The notes under the pieces: generated by a model | The model's input: only the letters and a program-made list of their open reading frames with translations | Told to the model about the DNA's origin: nothing | The model's database searches: none | Program-made: the position numbers and the translations under genes | From: Nitrosopumilaceae archaeon | Lineage (GTDB): Archaea > Thermoproteota > Nitrososphaeria > Nitrososphaerales > Nitrosopumilaceae | Assembly (NCBI GenBank): GCA_965207375.1 | Contig: OZ242274.1 | Span: 768,001-832,000, forward strand | Reading direction: 5' to 3' | Length of the DNA stretch: 64,000 bases | Shown: positions 39,005 through 49,083 of the stretch, piece after piece | Position numbering within the stretch: position 1 is the stretch's first letter | Layout: the number at the start of each line of letters is the position of its first letter

Positions 39005-40195
39005 ATGCAGATTGGACTGTTGGGAAAGGCAAATGTAGGCAAATCTACATTTTTTTCGGCAGCCACACAAACCCCTGTTGCAATTGGGAATTTCCCATTT
39101 ACTACAATAGAGCCCAACGTCGGAGTCGCACATGTCAAAACAGATTGTGCATGCAGGCATTTTGATATCCAACATGAGAGTCAATACTGCGTTTCTGGAA
39201 CTAGGTTTATTCCGGTAAAGCTAATTGACATTGCAGGCTTGGTGCCAGGAGCTCATCAGGGGAAGGGACTTGGAAACCAATTTCTTGATGATGCAAGGCA
39301 GGCACAGGTCTTGATTCATGTTGTCGATATTGCAGGTGCCACAGACATACAGGGACAGCCGGTAAGGCCTGGTTCACACGATCCATTAGAGGATGTAGAG
39401 TTTGTTACAAACGAGTTTGAGCAATGGTTCAAGCAGATACTTGATCGGGAGTGGGACAAGTTATCCAGAGAGGTTGAAATGAAAACTGTAAAGTTAACTC
39501 TGGCAATTGCCAACAGATTCAGCGGATTGGGCATTTCTGAAATTACAATTCAAAGCGTGATGCAAAAACTCAACCTAATTGCTAAACCGCCACAACAATG
39601 GTCACCAGATGACTTGACTGCCTTTGTAAAAAAATTACGTTTTGAATCAAAACCGATTTTGATAGCTGCAAACAAGGCAGATTTGTGTAATGATTTAAGC
39701 ATTGTTGAAAAGATATCTGAATCCAAAGTTATTTTGTGTAGTGCAGAAACTGAGCTTATTCTTAAAAAAGCAAGCAAGTCCGGCCTAGTACATTATGTGC
39801 CAGGCGCAGATCAATTCCAGATAAATGACGAGTCAGATGTAAAACCCGAACAGCAAAAAGCATTAGGTCTTGTTTCCTCAGTACTTGAAAAGATCAAGTG
39901 TACTGGTATACAAAACGCACTTGAAACGGCAGTGTTTGACCTGTTGAAATTAAGCGTGGTTTATCCTGTAGAGGATGAAGCTAAATTATGCAACAAAGAT
40001 GGCCAGGTTTTGCCTGATGCAAAATTAATGCAGCCTGGGTCTACTGCAAAAGACCTGGCACAGTCAGTACATGCAGATATTGCAAAAGGATTTTTGTTTG
40101 CAATAGACTGCAAATCCAAACAAAGAATTGGTGCAGATCACATACTAAAAAACGGTGACGTTATCAAGATAGTCTCTAGTATGAGTAGGGGATGA
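39005..40195 (+). CDS. ychF: YchF/OBG-family ATPase/GTPase
   Basis: GKANVGKST, FPFTTIEPN, DIAGLVPGA, NKAD, C-terminal TGS domain. Confidence 0.9.
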   Translation: MQIGLLGKANVGKSTFFSAATQTPVAIGNFPFTTIEPNVGVAHVKTDCACRHFDIQHESQYCVSGTRFIPVKLIDIAGLVPGAHQGKGLGNQFLDDARQAQVLIHVVDIAGATDIQGQPVRPGSHDPLEDVEFVTNEFEQWFKQILDREWDKLSREVEMKTVKLTLAIANRFSGLGISEITIQSVMQKLNLIAKPPQQWSPDDLTAFVKKLRFESKPILIAANKADLCNDLSIVEKISESKVILCSAETELILKKASKSGLVHYVPGADQFQINDESDVKPEQQKALGLVSSVLEKIKCTGIQNALETAVFDLLKLSVVYPVEDEAKLCNKDGQVLPDAKLMQPGSTAKDLAQSVHADIAKGFLFAIDCKSKQRIGADHILKNGDVIKIVSSMSRG

Positions 40196-40196
40196 C

Positions 40197-41180
40197 ATGT
40201 TAGGTTTAGGAATTGAGAGTACGGCACACACCTTCTCCTGTGCAATTATTGAAAAAAAACGACAAAAGGGAGTCATAAGGTCAGACGTACGTAAGATATA
40301 TCGGCCTCCGGATGGTCAAGGAATTCATCCACGTGAGGCATCGCGGCACCATATTGAGAATAGCTCAAGTGTCGTATCTCAATGTCTCAGCGAGGCAGAT
40401 GTAAAGATTGATAATTTGGATCTAGTCTCATATGCAGGCGGTCCGGGCCTTGGCCCATGTTTGCGTGTGGGTGCAGTTGTTGCCAGATCTTTGGCATCAT
40501 ATTATGACATTCCAATTTATCCTGTAAATCATGCAGTAGGACACATTGAGCTTGGAAAATTATTGACAGGTTCTAGGGATCCCTTGGTTTTGCTGGTTTC
40601 TGGAGGCCATACTATGCTTCTTGCATTTTTAATGCAACAGTGGCGGGTTTTTGGCGAAACACTAGATATTACATTGGGACAGCTGTTGGACCAATTTGGA
40701 CGCTATCTGGGATTTGCCTCACCGTGCGGAAAAATGATAGAGGAACTGTCCCTAAAATCTCAAAGATACATTTCGTTGCCATATGCAGTTAAAGGAAATG
40801 ATGTTTCATTTTCGGGCCTGTTGTCTGCTGCAAAATCTATCACATCCGAGGGCAAATCCGATGCATGCTATTCCCTACAGGAGACTGCCTTTGCAATGAT
40901 TTGTGAGGCAGTAGAGCGGGCACTATCTTTTACAAAGAAAAAAGAGCTGATGATAGTAGGCGGTGTTGCTGCCAACAAAAGACTGTCTGCCATGTTACAG
41001 GATGTTTGTAAACGTCAGAATTGCAAATTGTTTGTGGTCCCTTTAAAATATGCAGGAGATTGTGGTTCACAGATTGCATGGACTGCACTATTAGAATCCA
41101 CAGTTAAACAGGGAACCCCAATTAGTGATGCATTTGTCCGTCAATCATGGCGACTAGATACTGTTAAGATACTTTATTGA
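40197..41180 (+). CDS. kae1: KEOPS Kae1 (t6A threonylcarbamoyltransferase)
   Basis: LGIESTAHT, GPGLGP, NHAVGHIE, LVSGGHT, GGVAAN. Confidence 0.94.
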   Translation: MLGLGIESTAHTFSCAIIEKKRQKGVIRSDVRKIYRPPDGQGIHPREASRHHIENSSSVVSQCLSEADVKIDNLDLVSYAGGPGLGPCLRVGAVVARSLASYYDIPIYPVNHAVGHIELGKLLTGSRDPLVLLVSGGHTMLLAFLMQQWRVFGETLDITLGQLLDQFGRYLGFASPCGKMIEELSLKSQRYISLPYAVKGNDVSFSGLLSAAKSITSEGKSDACYSLQETAFAMICEAVERALSFTKKKELMIVGGVAANKRLSAMLQDVCKRQNCKLFVVPLKYAGDCGSQIAWTALLESTVKQGTPISDAFVRQSWRLDTVKILY

Positions 41181-41520
41181 AATCCTCTATTGCATCTTGT
41201 ATATTTTCTAGCCAGTTTCCTGTACTGAAAACTCCAAACTTGTACGTCTTTTCTCCGTTTACATCTTTTGTTGAAAAACAGACCTTCTTCATCAGCCTTC
41301 CCTCCTTCCAAACCTCAGAGACATCCCCTAGTGAAACATCCAAGACTGTATCTTCGAATTTTTTGGTAAAGTCCATTATTCGCCCCCTTGATTTATCAAA
41401 TGCCAGTCTTTTGGTTGTAAGTGTAAGAATGCCCGAACCTAGAGAATCCTCAGAGCAGTCTTCTTGTTTTATCTTCTCCTCGCCTTGCTCCTTCATGAAG
41501 ATTTTAATCACATTGCTCAA
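41164..41520 (-). CDS. Hypothetical protein, PH/GRAM-like
   Basis: GILTLTTKRLAF motif and a C-terminal Trp-containing helix; start uncertain. Confidence 0.65.
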   Translation of the reverse strand: MSNVIKIFMKEQGEEKIKQEDCSEDSLGSGILTLTTKRLAFDKSRGRIMDFTKKFEDTVLDVSLGDVSEVWKEGRLMKKVCFSTKDVNGEKTYKFGVFSTGNWLENIQDAIEDFNKVS

Positions 41521-41531
41521 TTTTAATTTTG

Positions 41532-42152
41532 ATGAATATAATCAAGCGGGGGGCCGAAGCCGACATAATCTGCCTTGACTGGAATGGAATCTCTGCTATA
41601 TCCAAGATTAGAAAGCGCAAGGGCTACAGGCATCCGGATTTGGATGATAAAATCCGCAGGCAGCGCACCGTACACGAGTCGCAAATTATTTCAGAGGTAA
41701 AGGGTTTTGGAGTTTTGACTCCTCTGATATATCTTCTTGATACCAAAAGACACGAAATTATAATGCAAAATATTGTTGGAGAACTAGTACATGACCTGCC
41801 AGAATCGAAAATAATTTCTGTCTGTAAGGAGATAGGAAAAATTGTAGGTACCTTACACAAAAACGGAATTATGCACGGTGATTTAACCACCTCTAATTTC
41901 ATTTATTCAAAAAACAAAATATTTACAATTGACTTTGGGCTTGCAGTAAAAACTACCAAACCAGAAGATCATGCAGTCGATTTGCGACTGTTAAAGGAAA
42001 TTCTCAATAGTGCACATGCAAAAATTATGAGTGAGTCTTGGAAAAATTTTCTTGTTGGATATAAAAGGACGGTAGGAACAAAACGTTTCTCAGAGATTCT
42101 TAAACTAGTGGCCATAATTGAGAGCAGGGGCAGGTACGCCACAGTTGTCTAG
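41532..42152 (+). CDS. bud32: KEOPS kinase Bud32
   Basis: GAEA, YRHP.LD, HGDLTTSN, IDFGL, AVDL, RGRY. Confidence 0.94.
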   Translation: MNIIKRGAEADIICLDWNGISAISKIRKRKGYRHPDLDDKIRRQRTVHESQIISEVKGFGVLTPLIYLLDTKRHEIIMQNIVGELVHDLPESKIISVCKEIGKIVGTLHKNGIMHGDLTTSNFIYSKNKIFTIDFGLAVKTTKPEDHAVDLRLLKEILNSAHAKIMSESWKNFLVGYKRTVGTKRFSEILKLVAIIESRGRYATVV

Positions 42153-42684
42153 GGTATACTTTGCATCCTCGAATCTACACAAGTTCGATGAGGCTAGATC
42201 GATTTTGGCATCTAGTGGAATAGATTTGGAATTTTTCAGATGCAGTCTAGAAGAGATTCAGTCAGACAGTCTCAAAGACATTGCGTCTCACAAAGCTAGG
42301 GGTGCGTTTAAACTGTGTAAAAAGCCAGTAATTGTGGAGGATGCAGGATTGCAGATATTTTCCCTAAACAAATTTCCAGGACCCTATTCTTCATACGTCT
42401 TTGAAACTATTGGCAACCGAGGAATTCTCAATCTTGTGGGACGTAACAGAAGGGCAACATTTGAATCAGTTACTGTATATTGTGACAGGCAGCAGCTGCT
42501 TTCTTTTACTGCAACAGTGCATGGAAAATTATCCAAAACAGTACAAGGCCGAGGCTGGGGATTTGATCCGATTTTTGTACCAAATACAAAAAATCAAACC
42601 TTTGCAAATCTCAAAGATAAAAATTCCGTATCCCACAGATACAAGGCATTGAACAAATTTTCTAAGTGGTTTCTAAATAGGTAG
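42118..42684 (+). CDS. rdgB: Non-canonical purine NTP pyrophosphatase (RdgB/HAM1)
   Basis: SSNLHK, EIQ, EDAGL, FPGPYS, GWGFDPIF, SHRYKA; start uncertain. Confidence 0.92.
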   Translation: MRAGAGTPQLSRVYFASSNLHKFDEARSILASSGIDLEFFRCSLEEIQSDSLKDIASHKARGAFKLCKKPVIVEDAGLQIFSLNKFPGPYSSYVFETIGNRGILNLVGRNRRATFESVTVYCDRQQLLSFTATVHGKLSKTVQGRGWGFDPIFVPNTKNQTFANLKDKNSVSHRYKALNKFSKWFLNR

Positions 42685-43690
42685 GAATCTGTCTGTCTAC
42701 GAATCTTTGGCGGTTTTGCAAGACGACAATTCTTGAAACTTGACTTTTATCCATAACTGAAAATATTCTGCTTTGTTTTGCCAATTCGTATGAAAACTCT
42801 TCAACTTCATGCATTTCCAACATGTTGTCTCGCTGTAGCCGGTTAGTTGATCTGCCTATGTGCATGTATGATTTTATTTCAATAAAGTTTGCACTTGCCT
42901 TTTGTAACATTTTTGCAAATGCGGGAATCATCTGCTTGCTTGTGTTATAACCTCTGATCAGCGTGATTCTAATTACAGTTCGTGTATCTAGTTCTTTTAA
43001 CATGGCAAGTGTCTGATTCCACCGCTTCCACGAATCCTCATATCTTGGATGATTAATTTTGATAAAAGAATCATAGTCTGCTGCATTTGTTGACAGATAC
43101 AGCTGGGTGGGTAGTGCATCCTCTTCTTGCAGTCTTTTAATCATGTCTGGTTCTTGACCGTTTGTTACAAGAAAAATTGATTTTGTATCTTTTAGGTCTC
43201 TTAGATATTTTATCAGGTCAGGTAATTTTGGATACATTGTAGGTTCTCCAGACAATGAAATTGCATAATGGGTAGGATACAGTGACTCGTCTAGTTTTTT
43301 GACATCCTTTGTCGAATCTCCATAGTGTCCCATGATCAGTTTTTTGCGTTCCTGCATTAAATTATCCATAATTTGTTTTGGTTCTGCAACCCTTTGAGGT
43401 TCCATTTTTAACGAATCATAAAATTCCATAGGTCTCCAACAATACACACATCGATTTTCACAATGCATTCCGGCAGGAGAAAATTCCATACATCTATGAG
43501 TTAAAATTCCATAAAACTTGTGCTTGTAACAGTCTCCCTCATTGCTAAATGACTTTTTTGTCCAGTGGCAAAGCTCAACCGTTGAGTGATCTGATACTCC
43601 ATATTTTGCCTTTTTTAGCTGTTGTAATGTACCTGGCCTGATCTGAATTAACTGTTCATCTTGCTCATATGTCTCTCCGGAGCAACTCAT
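42662..43690 (-). CDS. tyw1: 4-demethylwyosine synthase TYW1/Taw1 (radical SAM)
   Basis: CHWTK, CYK..FYGI, CENRCVYCWR, LSGEPT. Confidence 0.94.
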   Translation of the reverse strand: MSCSGETYEQDEQLIQIRPGTLQQLKKAKYGVSDHSTVELCHWTKKSFSNEGDCYKHKFYGILTHRCMEFSPAGMHCENRCVYCWRPMEFYDSLKMEPQRVAEPKQIMDNLMQERKKLIMGHYGDSTKDVKKLDESLYPTHYAISLSGEPTMYPKLPDLIKYLRDLKDTKSIFLVTNGQEPDMIKRLQEEDALPTQLYLSTNAADYDSFIKINHPRYEDSWKRWNQTLAMLKELDTRTVIRITLIRGYNTSKQMIPAFAKMLQKASANFIEIKSYMHIGRSTNRLQRDNMLEMHEVEEFSYELAKQSRIFSVMDKSQVSRIVVLQNRQRFVDRQIPTYLETT

Positions 43691-43869
43691 TGAAGCAACT
43701 CGTGTTTTGGTTTACTTAAAGCTAGTCTAGAAATTTGTGCCAGAATCTAAATACCCCGCCTAAGATGCCAAATTTCTACGTAGGATTCAAAAATTGGACA
43801 CATATTTAGGAACGACTCGTCAAATTTTTGTACATTCAGATTCGGATATCTTTATCAATTTTGTACAAT

Positions 43870-43896
43870 TTTAACGCGAGGTTTAATAACGTCTTG
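43870..43896 (+). promoter_or_regulatory. BRE/TATA element shared with paralog C
   Basis: tttaacgcgaggtttaataacgtcttg identical at 46825-46851; ggaga SD-like element before the ATG. Confidence 0.75.
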
Positions 43897-43917
43897 ATAA
43901 TACACGATTCGGGGAGA

Positions 43918-46368
43918 ATGAATAAGCTTCACACTTTGGGATTTTTACTTCTTCTAGTATCTACTCTAGGATCTATTCCAATCGCCAATGTTTATGCAGA
44001 TGCAACCGATTTAGACGGCGATGGGGTTCCTGACGACATTGACAAATGCCCAAATCTGCTTGAAGACTATGATCCAGAATTTGGTGGCGTAGTCGATGGC
44101 TGCCCTGCAGACTTTGTTCCATGGTATGATGAGGATTTTGATGGAATTCAAGACCATATTGATCTTTGTCCTGATTTAAAAGAATTTTACAATAATTTCC
44201 AAGATGAAGATGGCTGTCCTGATAATGCACCGTTTGCAGGCAAAGGTGGTCAGCCCGATTCTGACAATGATGGCTTTATTGATGTGTATGATCGGTGTCC
44301 TACACAACCTGAAACCTTTAACGGGGTTTTAGATCTTGACGGCTGCCCTGATGATGTCTCCTCCACACACGATACTGACAGAGATGGAATTCCAAACAAT
44401 GAAGACGATTGTCCAATAAGTGCAGAAATTTATAATAAATTTGAAGATACTGACGGCTGCCCTGACAGCATCGGTTCAGACTTTATGGATGCAGACAATG
44501 ACAGCATAGAAGACAGATTTGATCTGTGTCAGACCGAACCTGAAACCTTTAACGGTTATTTTGACGACGACGGTTGTCCGGATATGGTCTCAGATGCCAA
44601 TCTGTTAGACTCTGACAAGGATGGCATTGCAGACAAGTTTGACATATGTCCAGACAATGCTGAAACTTACAACAGGTTTGCAGACTTTGACGGATGTCCT
44701 GACTCTTTACCAAATTTTGCAGCAGTACAAGATGATTCAGATGGTGACGGAATAGTCAATGTAGATGATGCATGTCCGATTGCACCTGAAAGATACAATG
44801 GATTCGAAGACGACGACGGCTGCCCCGATATTCCTCCATATTCTATAGACAGGGATTCTGATCAGGATGGTCTTTTAGACAGCATAGACAAATGCCCGCA
44901 AGCAAGGGAAATTTATAATAATTTTGAAGACGACGACGGTTGTCCAGATTATGTCGGTAGCACAGGATTGATGCCTGACTCTGATGGCGACGGCATAAGC
45001 GACTTTGATGATCTTTGCCCAAACCAACCTGAAACACTAAACGGCATGTTTGATACAGATGGTTGCCCTGACAGCGAGTCTACTGCCGACTCTGATGGCG
45101 ACGGTATTCCTGACTCTTTAGATCAATGTCCGATTGCACGTGAGACTCACAATCGTATTCAAGATACAGATGGATGTCCTGACGATAGTGGCGTTTTAGG
45201 AATGTCAGACTCTGATGGTGACAATATTGCTGACCTGCATGATTCTTGTCCATTAAGTGCAGAAACTATCAATGGATATCTTGATACTGACGGCTGCCCC
45301 GATGTTTCCATAGTTGACGGAGATGGCGACGGCATTCCTGACGGATTTGACAAATGTCCTGCAGAGGCAGAGACTTGGAATTATTATGCAGATCATGACG
45401 GTTGTCCTGATGACCCCACCGTAATGGATGCTGATAGAGATAATATTTCAGACGATGTTGATCAATGTCTTACAGAACCTGAAAGATACAATGGATTCGA
45501 AGACGACGACGGCTGCCCCGATATTCCTCCATATCTTACAGAAAAAGATACCGATAAAGACGGCATATCAGACAGTGCAGACAAATGTCCACTGATTGCC
45601 GAAATTTACAACAAATATCAAGATACCGATGGTTGTCCAGATTATGTAGGTGACAGCAGTACATTGCCAGATACTGACGGTGATGGAATAAACGACTTTG
45701 ATGATAGTTGTCCAAATCAACCTGAAACACTAAACGGCGTTTTAGATCAAGACGGCTGTCCAGATGATTATGCTGTTTTGGCAGACGCAGACGGCGACGG
45801 CATTGCCGATATAGTTGATCAATGCAGACTGTCTCCTGAAACTTATAACAGATATCAGGACACAGATGGCTGTCCTGACAGCATTTTAGAATCAAACATT
45901 GTAGACTCTGATAATGACGGCATTGGAGATGTCAAAGATGACTGTCCATTAGAGGCCGAGACGTATAACGGAATCAACGATGTAGACGGTTGTCCGGATG
46001 CACAAACAATCCTGCCAGATACTGACGGTGACAAGGTTCCTGATGTGATGGATGTGTGTCCCGATAAAATGGAAACATGGAACAGATATTATGATCATGA
46101 CGGCTGTCCAGATGTCGTACCTCAATTCCCAGACAAGATAGATACTGACGGTGACGGATATCTAGATGCAGCAGATCAATGTCCGACCGAAAAAGAATCA
46201 TGGAACAAGTTTGAGGATAACGACGGCTGTCCAGACATCATACCTGAACAGTCAAGATACAAACATGACTTGGATCTAGATGGCATCATCAATGATAGCG
46301 ATATGTGTCCGGAGGAAGCCGAAGATTATGATGGCGATCGTGACACAGACGGCTGTCCAGATATCTGA
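43918..46368 (+). CDS. Secreted thrombospondin type-3 repeat protein (paralog B)
   Basis: MNKLHTLGFL signal peptide; DxDxDG/DGCP units; start 43918. Confidence 0.9.
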   Translation: MNKLHTLGFLLLLVSTLGSIPIANVYADATDLDGDGVPDDIDKCPNLLEDYDPEFGGVVDGCPADFVPWYDEDFDGIQDHIDLCPDLKEFYNNFQDEDGCPDNAPFAGKGGQPDSDNDGFIDVYDRCPTQPETFNGVLDLDGCPDDVSSTHDTDRDGIPNNEDDCPISAEIYNKFEDTDGCPDSIGSDFMDADNDSIEDRFDLCQTEPETFNGYFDDDGCPDMVSDANLLDSDKDGIADKFDICPDNAETYNRFADFDGCPDSLPNFAAVQDDSDGDGIVNVDDACPIAPERYNGFEDDDGCPDIPPYSIDRDSDQDGLLDSIDKCPQAREIYNNFEDDDGCPDYVGSTGLMPDSDGDGISDFDDLCPNQPETLNGMFDTDGCPDSESTADSDGDGIPDSLDQCPIARETHNRIQDTDGCPDDSGVLGMSDSDGDNIADLHDSCPLSAETINGYLDTDGCPDVSIVDGDGDGIPDGFDKCPAEAETWNYYADHDGCPDDPTVMDADRDNISDDVDQCLTEPERYNGFEDDDGCPDIPPYLTEKDTDKDGISDSADKCPLIAEIYNKYQDTDGCPDYVGDSSTLPDTDGDGINDFDDSCPNQPETLNGVLDQDGCPDDYAVLADADGDGIADIVDQCRLSPETYNRYQDTDGCPDSILESNIVDSDNDGIGDVKDDCPLEAETYNGINDVDGCPDAQTILPDTDGDKVPDVMDVCPDKMETWNRYYDHDGCPDVVPQFPDKIDTDGDGYLDAADQCPTEKESWNKFEDNDGCPDIIPEQSRYKHDLDLDGIINDSDMCPEEAEDYDGDRDTDGCPDI

Positions 46369-46824
46369 TCTGCAAGTTCCATTCGTTAATTTGTTTAAAA
46401 ATGAGCTACTATTTTGGTACAAGCTCAGATCCCCAATTGCAACAAGCACAAAATAAATAATCGATTTATTGGATTAGGCGTGAATTTGAGCGGGATCTAA
46501 AGTTATGCCGATCCTGTAAATCAATATGATGAACTGATCTGGCCCACACAACATACTTGCAAAGATGGTTCTGTCTGGCTTGTTTTGTGTCTTGTTTACA
46601 AACTCATTACCATCTAGCATCCATTATGGATACTTGAAATGATCTTTTTGTGAAACGTCTAGACTGACAAAATATGACTCCATCGATGCCCTCAATTTTA
46701 CGGCTTTGTGTTTTGATTGCATTGTTTTTTAGAGAGTGGAAATCCTATAGAATTAGATCTTGTAGAACCGGAATCATCACTATTATCTAATTTCCTTGAT
46801 CGGGACACATATGATTACGCATAA

Positions 46825-46851
46825 TTTAACGCGAGGTTTAATAACGTCTTG
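46825..46851 (+). promoter_or_regulatory. BRE/TATA element shared with paralog B
   Basis: 27-bp identity with 43870-43896. Confidence 0.75.
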
Positions 46852-46871
46852 GTATACTCGTTTGTGGGAGA

Positions 46872-49037
46872 ATGAACAAACTTCACACTCTAGGATTTCT
46901 ATTTTTGCTATTTTCTATATCTGGACTAATGCCAGGATTGGCAGATGCTGCCCAAATAAATGACAATGACGGAGACGGCGTGCCCAATGACCGAGATGAA
47001 TGTCCCAATCTGCTTGAAGATTATGATCCCCAATATGGTAACAATTTAGACGGCTGTCCTGCAGACTTTGTACCTTGGTATGATACCGATTATGATGGAA
47101 TACAGGATCATATTGATTTGTGTCCAACAGTTAGGGAAAATTACAACCAGTATCAGGATGAGGACGGATGTGTTGACACTGCACCTTACACAGACAAGGA
47201 ACTGCCAGATACTGACGGTGACGGCTTTATTGACAATTTGGACTCGTGTCCTACACAGCCTGAAACATTTAACGGCCTCGACGACAAAGACGGATGTCCT
47301 GATAAAGCAAGCGCAATAGATTCTGATCAGGATGGTTTTTCAGATGCAAATGATGCATGTCCTACTGTACAAGAAACCTATAACAAATTTCTTGATGATG
47401 ATGGATGTCCTGACTCTGTAGATACGTCCTTCAACCTGTACCAGTTCCCAGATACTGACGGTGACGGAATCCAGGACAGATGGGACAGCTGCATCAACGA
47501 GGCTGAGAACTTTAATAATTATCTAGATTGGGATGGATGTCCAGATGTTGCAGGCTATGATGCAGGTCAGGCACCAGATTCAGATTATGACGGCATACCA
47601 GATGCAGAGGACATGTGTCCAGATGATCGTGAAAACTATAACAAATTCCAAGATGATGACGGCTGTCCTGACACTGTAGAATTATTAACAAATGGTGATT
47701 TGGACAATGACGGTATTTTAGATAATAATGATTCGTGTCCATTTGCTCCTGAAACTTATAACAAATTCCAAGATGCAGACGGTTGTCCTGACCTGATAGC
47801 AGATAACAAATATTCAACAGATACTGACGGTGACGGAATCCAGGACCGCATTGATTTGTGTCCTACCCAGCCTGAAACATTTAACGGCCTACAAGACACA
47901 GATGGATGTCCTGACAAAAACCTACCAGTTTCAGATTCAGATAATGATGGCATCTTAGACGTAGATGATGCATGTCCTACTGTACCAGAAAACTATAACA
48001 AATTCCAAGACACAGATGGCTGTCCTGATACATCAGTTGGAGAGTCATCGGCATACCAGTTCCCAGATACTGACGGTGACGGAATCCAGGACAGATGGGA
48101 CAGCTGCATCAACGAGGCTGAGAACTTTAATAATTATCTAGATTGGGATGGATGTCCAGATGTTGCAGGCTATGATGCAGGTCAGGCACCAGATTCAGAT
48201 TATGACGGCATACCAGATGCAGAGGACATGTGTCCAAATCTTGCTGAAAGGTACAACAAATTCCAGGATGCAGACGGTTGTCCTGACTCTGTAAATTCGA
48301 TATTTGTAGGAGATACTGACGGTGACGGAATTTTGGATGATGCAGATCAGTGTCCTCTGAATCCTGAAACTTATAACAAATTCCAAGATGCAGACGGTTG
48401 TCCTGACCTGATAGCAGATAACAAATATTCAACAGATACTGACGGTGACGGAATCCAGGACCGCATTGATTTGTGTCCTACCCAGCCTGAAACATTTAAC
48501 GGCCTACAAGACACAGATGGATGTCCTGACAAAAACCTACCAGTTTCAGATTCAGATAATGATGGCATCTTAGACGTAGATGATGCATGTCCTACTGTAC
48601 CAGAAAACTATAACAAATTCCAGGATGCAGACGGTTGTCCTGACTCTGTAGATACATTCTTCAACATGTACCAGTTCCCAGATGCAGACGGTGACAAAAT
48701 ACCTGACATACGGGACAGCTGCATCAACGAGGCTGAGAACTTTAATAATTATCTAGATTGGGATGGCTGTCCTGATGTAATTCCTGTAGGAGCCAGCACG
48801 GTCATACAATCAGATTCAGATAATGATGGCATTGCTGACGAAGTAGATTCATGTCCAAACAGTCCAGAAACATGGAACAAATACAACGACGCAGATGGCT
48901 GTCCTGACATATTTCCAGAGCAATCACGATTCATACACGACAATGATCTAGATGGTATCATCAATGAGGATGACATGTGCCCAGACGTTGCAGAGGATTA
49001 TGACGGCATCGATGACGCAGACGGCTGCCCAGAATAG
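46872..49037 (+). CDS. Secreted thrombospondin type-3 repeat protein (paralog C)
   Basis: MNKLHTLGFL signal peptide; DxDxDG/DGCP units. Confidence 0.9.
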   Translation: MNKLHTLGFLFLLFSISGLMPGLADAAQINDNDGDGVPNDRDECPNLLEDYDPQYGNNLDGCPADFVPWYDTDYDGIQDHIDLCPTVRENYNQYQDEDGCVDTAPYTDKELPDTDGDGFIDNLDSCPTQPETFNGLDDKDGCPDKASAIDSDQDGFSDANDACPTVQETYNKFLDDDGCPDSVDTSFNLYQFPDTDGDGIQDRWDSCINEAENFNNYLDWDGCPDVAGYDAGQAPDSDYDGIPDAEDMCPDDRENYNKFQDDDGCPDTVELLTNGDLDNDGILDNNDSCPFAPETYNKFQDADGCPDLIADNKYSTDTDGDGIQDRIDLCPTQPETFNGLQDTDGCPDKNLPVSDSDNDGILDVDDACPTVPENYNKFQDTDGCPDTSVGESSAYQFPDTDGDGIQDRWDSCINEAENFNNYLDWDGCPDVAGYDAGQAPDSDYDGIPDAEDMCPNLAERYNKFQDADGCPDSVNSIFVGDTDGDGILDDADQCPLNPETYNKFQDADGCPDLIADNKYSTDTDGDGIQDRIDLCPTQPETFNGLQDTDGCPDKNLPVSDSDNDGILDVDDACPTVPENYNKFQDADGCPDSVDTFFNMYQFPDADGDKIPDIRDSCINEAENFNNYLDWDGCPDVIPVGASTVIQSDSDNDGIADEVDSCPNSPETWNKYNDADGCPDIFPEQSRFIHDNDLDGIINEDDMCPDVAEDYDGIDDADGCPE
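47439..48622 (+). repeat. Identical direct repeats at 615-bp period
   Basis: 47439-47621 = 48054-48236; 47747-48007 = 48362-48622. Confidence 0.88.
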
Positions 49038-49083
49038 ACATACTGAAAACCTCTTTAACCGTCTTTTTCAAATTTGATTTACG

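Noticed and set aside
30421-49037. Diversity-generating retroelement (TR/VR) among the TSP3 repeats
   Set aside because: No reverse transcriptase in the window; repeat pairs are identical or differ without an evident adenine bias, and both copies are in-frame coding.
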